Positions 63,853 to 64,000 of a stretch of 64,000 nucleotides of DNA are shown in pieces. Made by a program: the position numbers and the translations under genes. The notes beneath the pieces are model-generated. The model ran no database searches. It worked only from the letters and a program-made list of their open reading frames with translations, and had not been told where the DNA came from. How positions within the stretch are numbered: the first letter of the stretch is position 1; each line of letters begins with the position of its first letter. Source of the stretch: the human T2T-CHM13v2.0 reference genome, Homo sapiens; assembly GCF_009914755.1 (NCBI RefSeq), contig NC_060947.1. The stretch is one strand, 5' to 3'.

Positions 63853-64000
63853 TTAGTGCATTTGCTGCTGCTATAACAGAACACCACAGACTGGGTAATT
63901 TATAAAGAACAGAATTTTATTTGGCTTATGGTTCTGGAGGTTGGGAAGTACAAGAGGCATGGTGCCAGCTTAACCGTGAGTTTTGGGGGGGACATTCGAA
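63853..64000 (-). mobile_element. MaLR LTR fragment (MLT1/MST-like)
   Basis: GCTGCTATAACAGAACACCACAGACTGGGTAATTTATAAAGAACAGAA...GTTCTGGAGG. Confidence 0.75.

Overview
Mammalian (human or near-identical great-ape) genomic DNA covering the 5' part of the X-linked deubiquitinase gene USP9X on the + strand. It holds a CpG-island promoter (~530-2760), a non-coding exon 1 (~1381-2044), a ~37.4 kb intron 1, and coding exons 2-11. These splice with canonical GT-AG boundaries into 1419 nt / 473 codons starting [22 protein letters not shown]; the gene continues past the window end. The rest is intronic and dense in interspersed repeats: ~43 Alu elements or fragments (about 3:1 antisense), L1 remnants including an ORF1 fragment, LTRs and DNA-transposon fossils. 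Nearly all long ORFs in the supplied track are GC-rich or Alu-derived shadows. I see no new protein-coding system. The best leads are RNA-level or rearrangement features: five uORFs in the spliced 5'UTR; a 75-nt intron whose donor is folded back by a 10-nt copy of the U1 snRNA 5' end; a hairpin-masked candidate poison exon next to CA/CU repeats; several recursive-splice-like AG|GT sites in intron 1; and a 93-bp templated insertion in one Alu copied from a neighbouring Alu. Repeat family names are recognised by eye and their boundaries are approximate.
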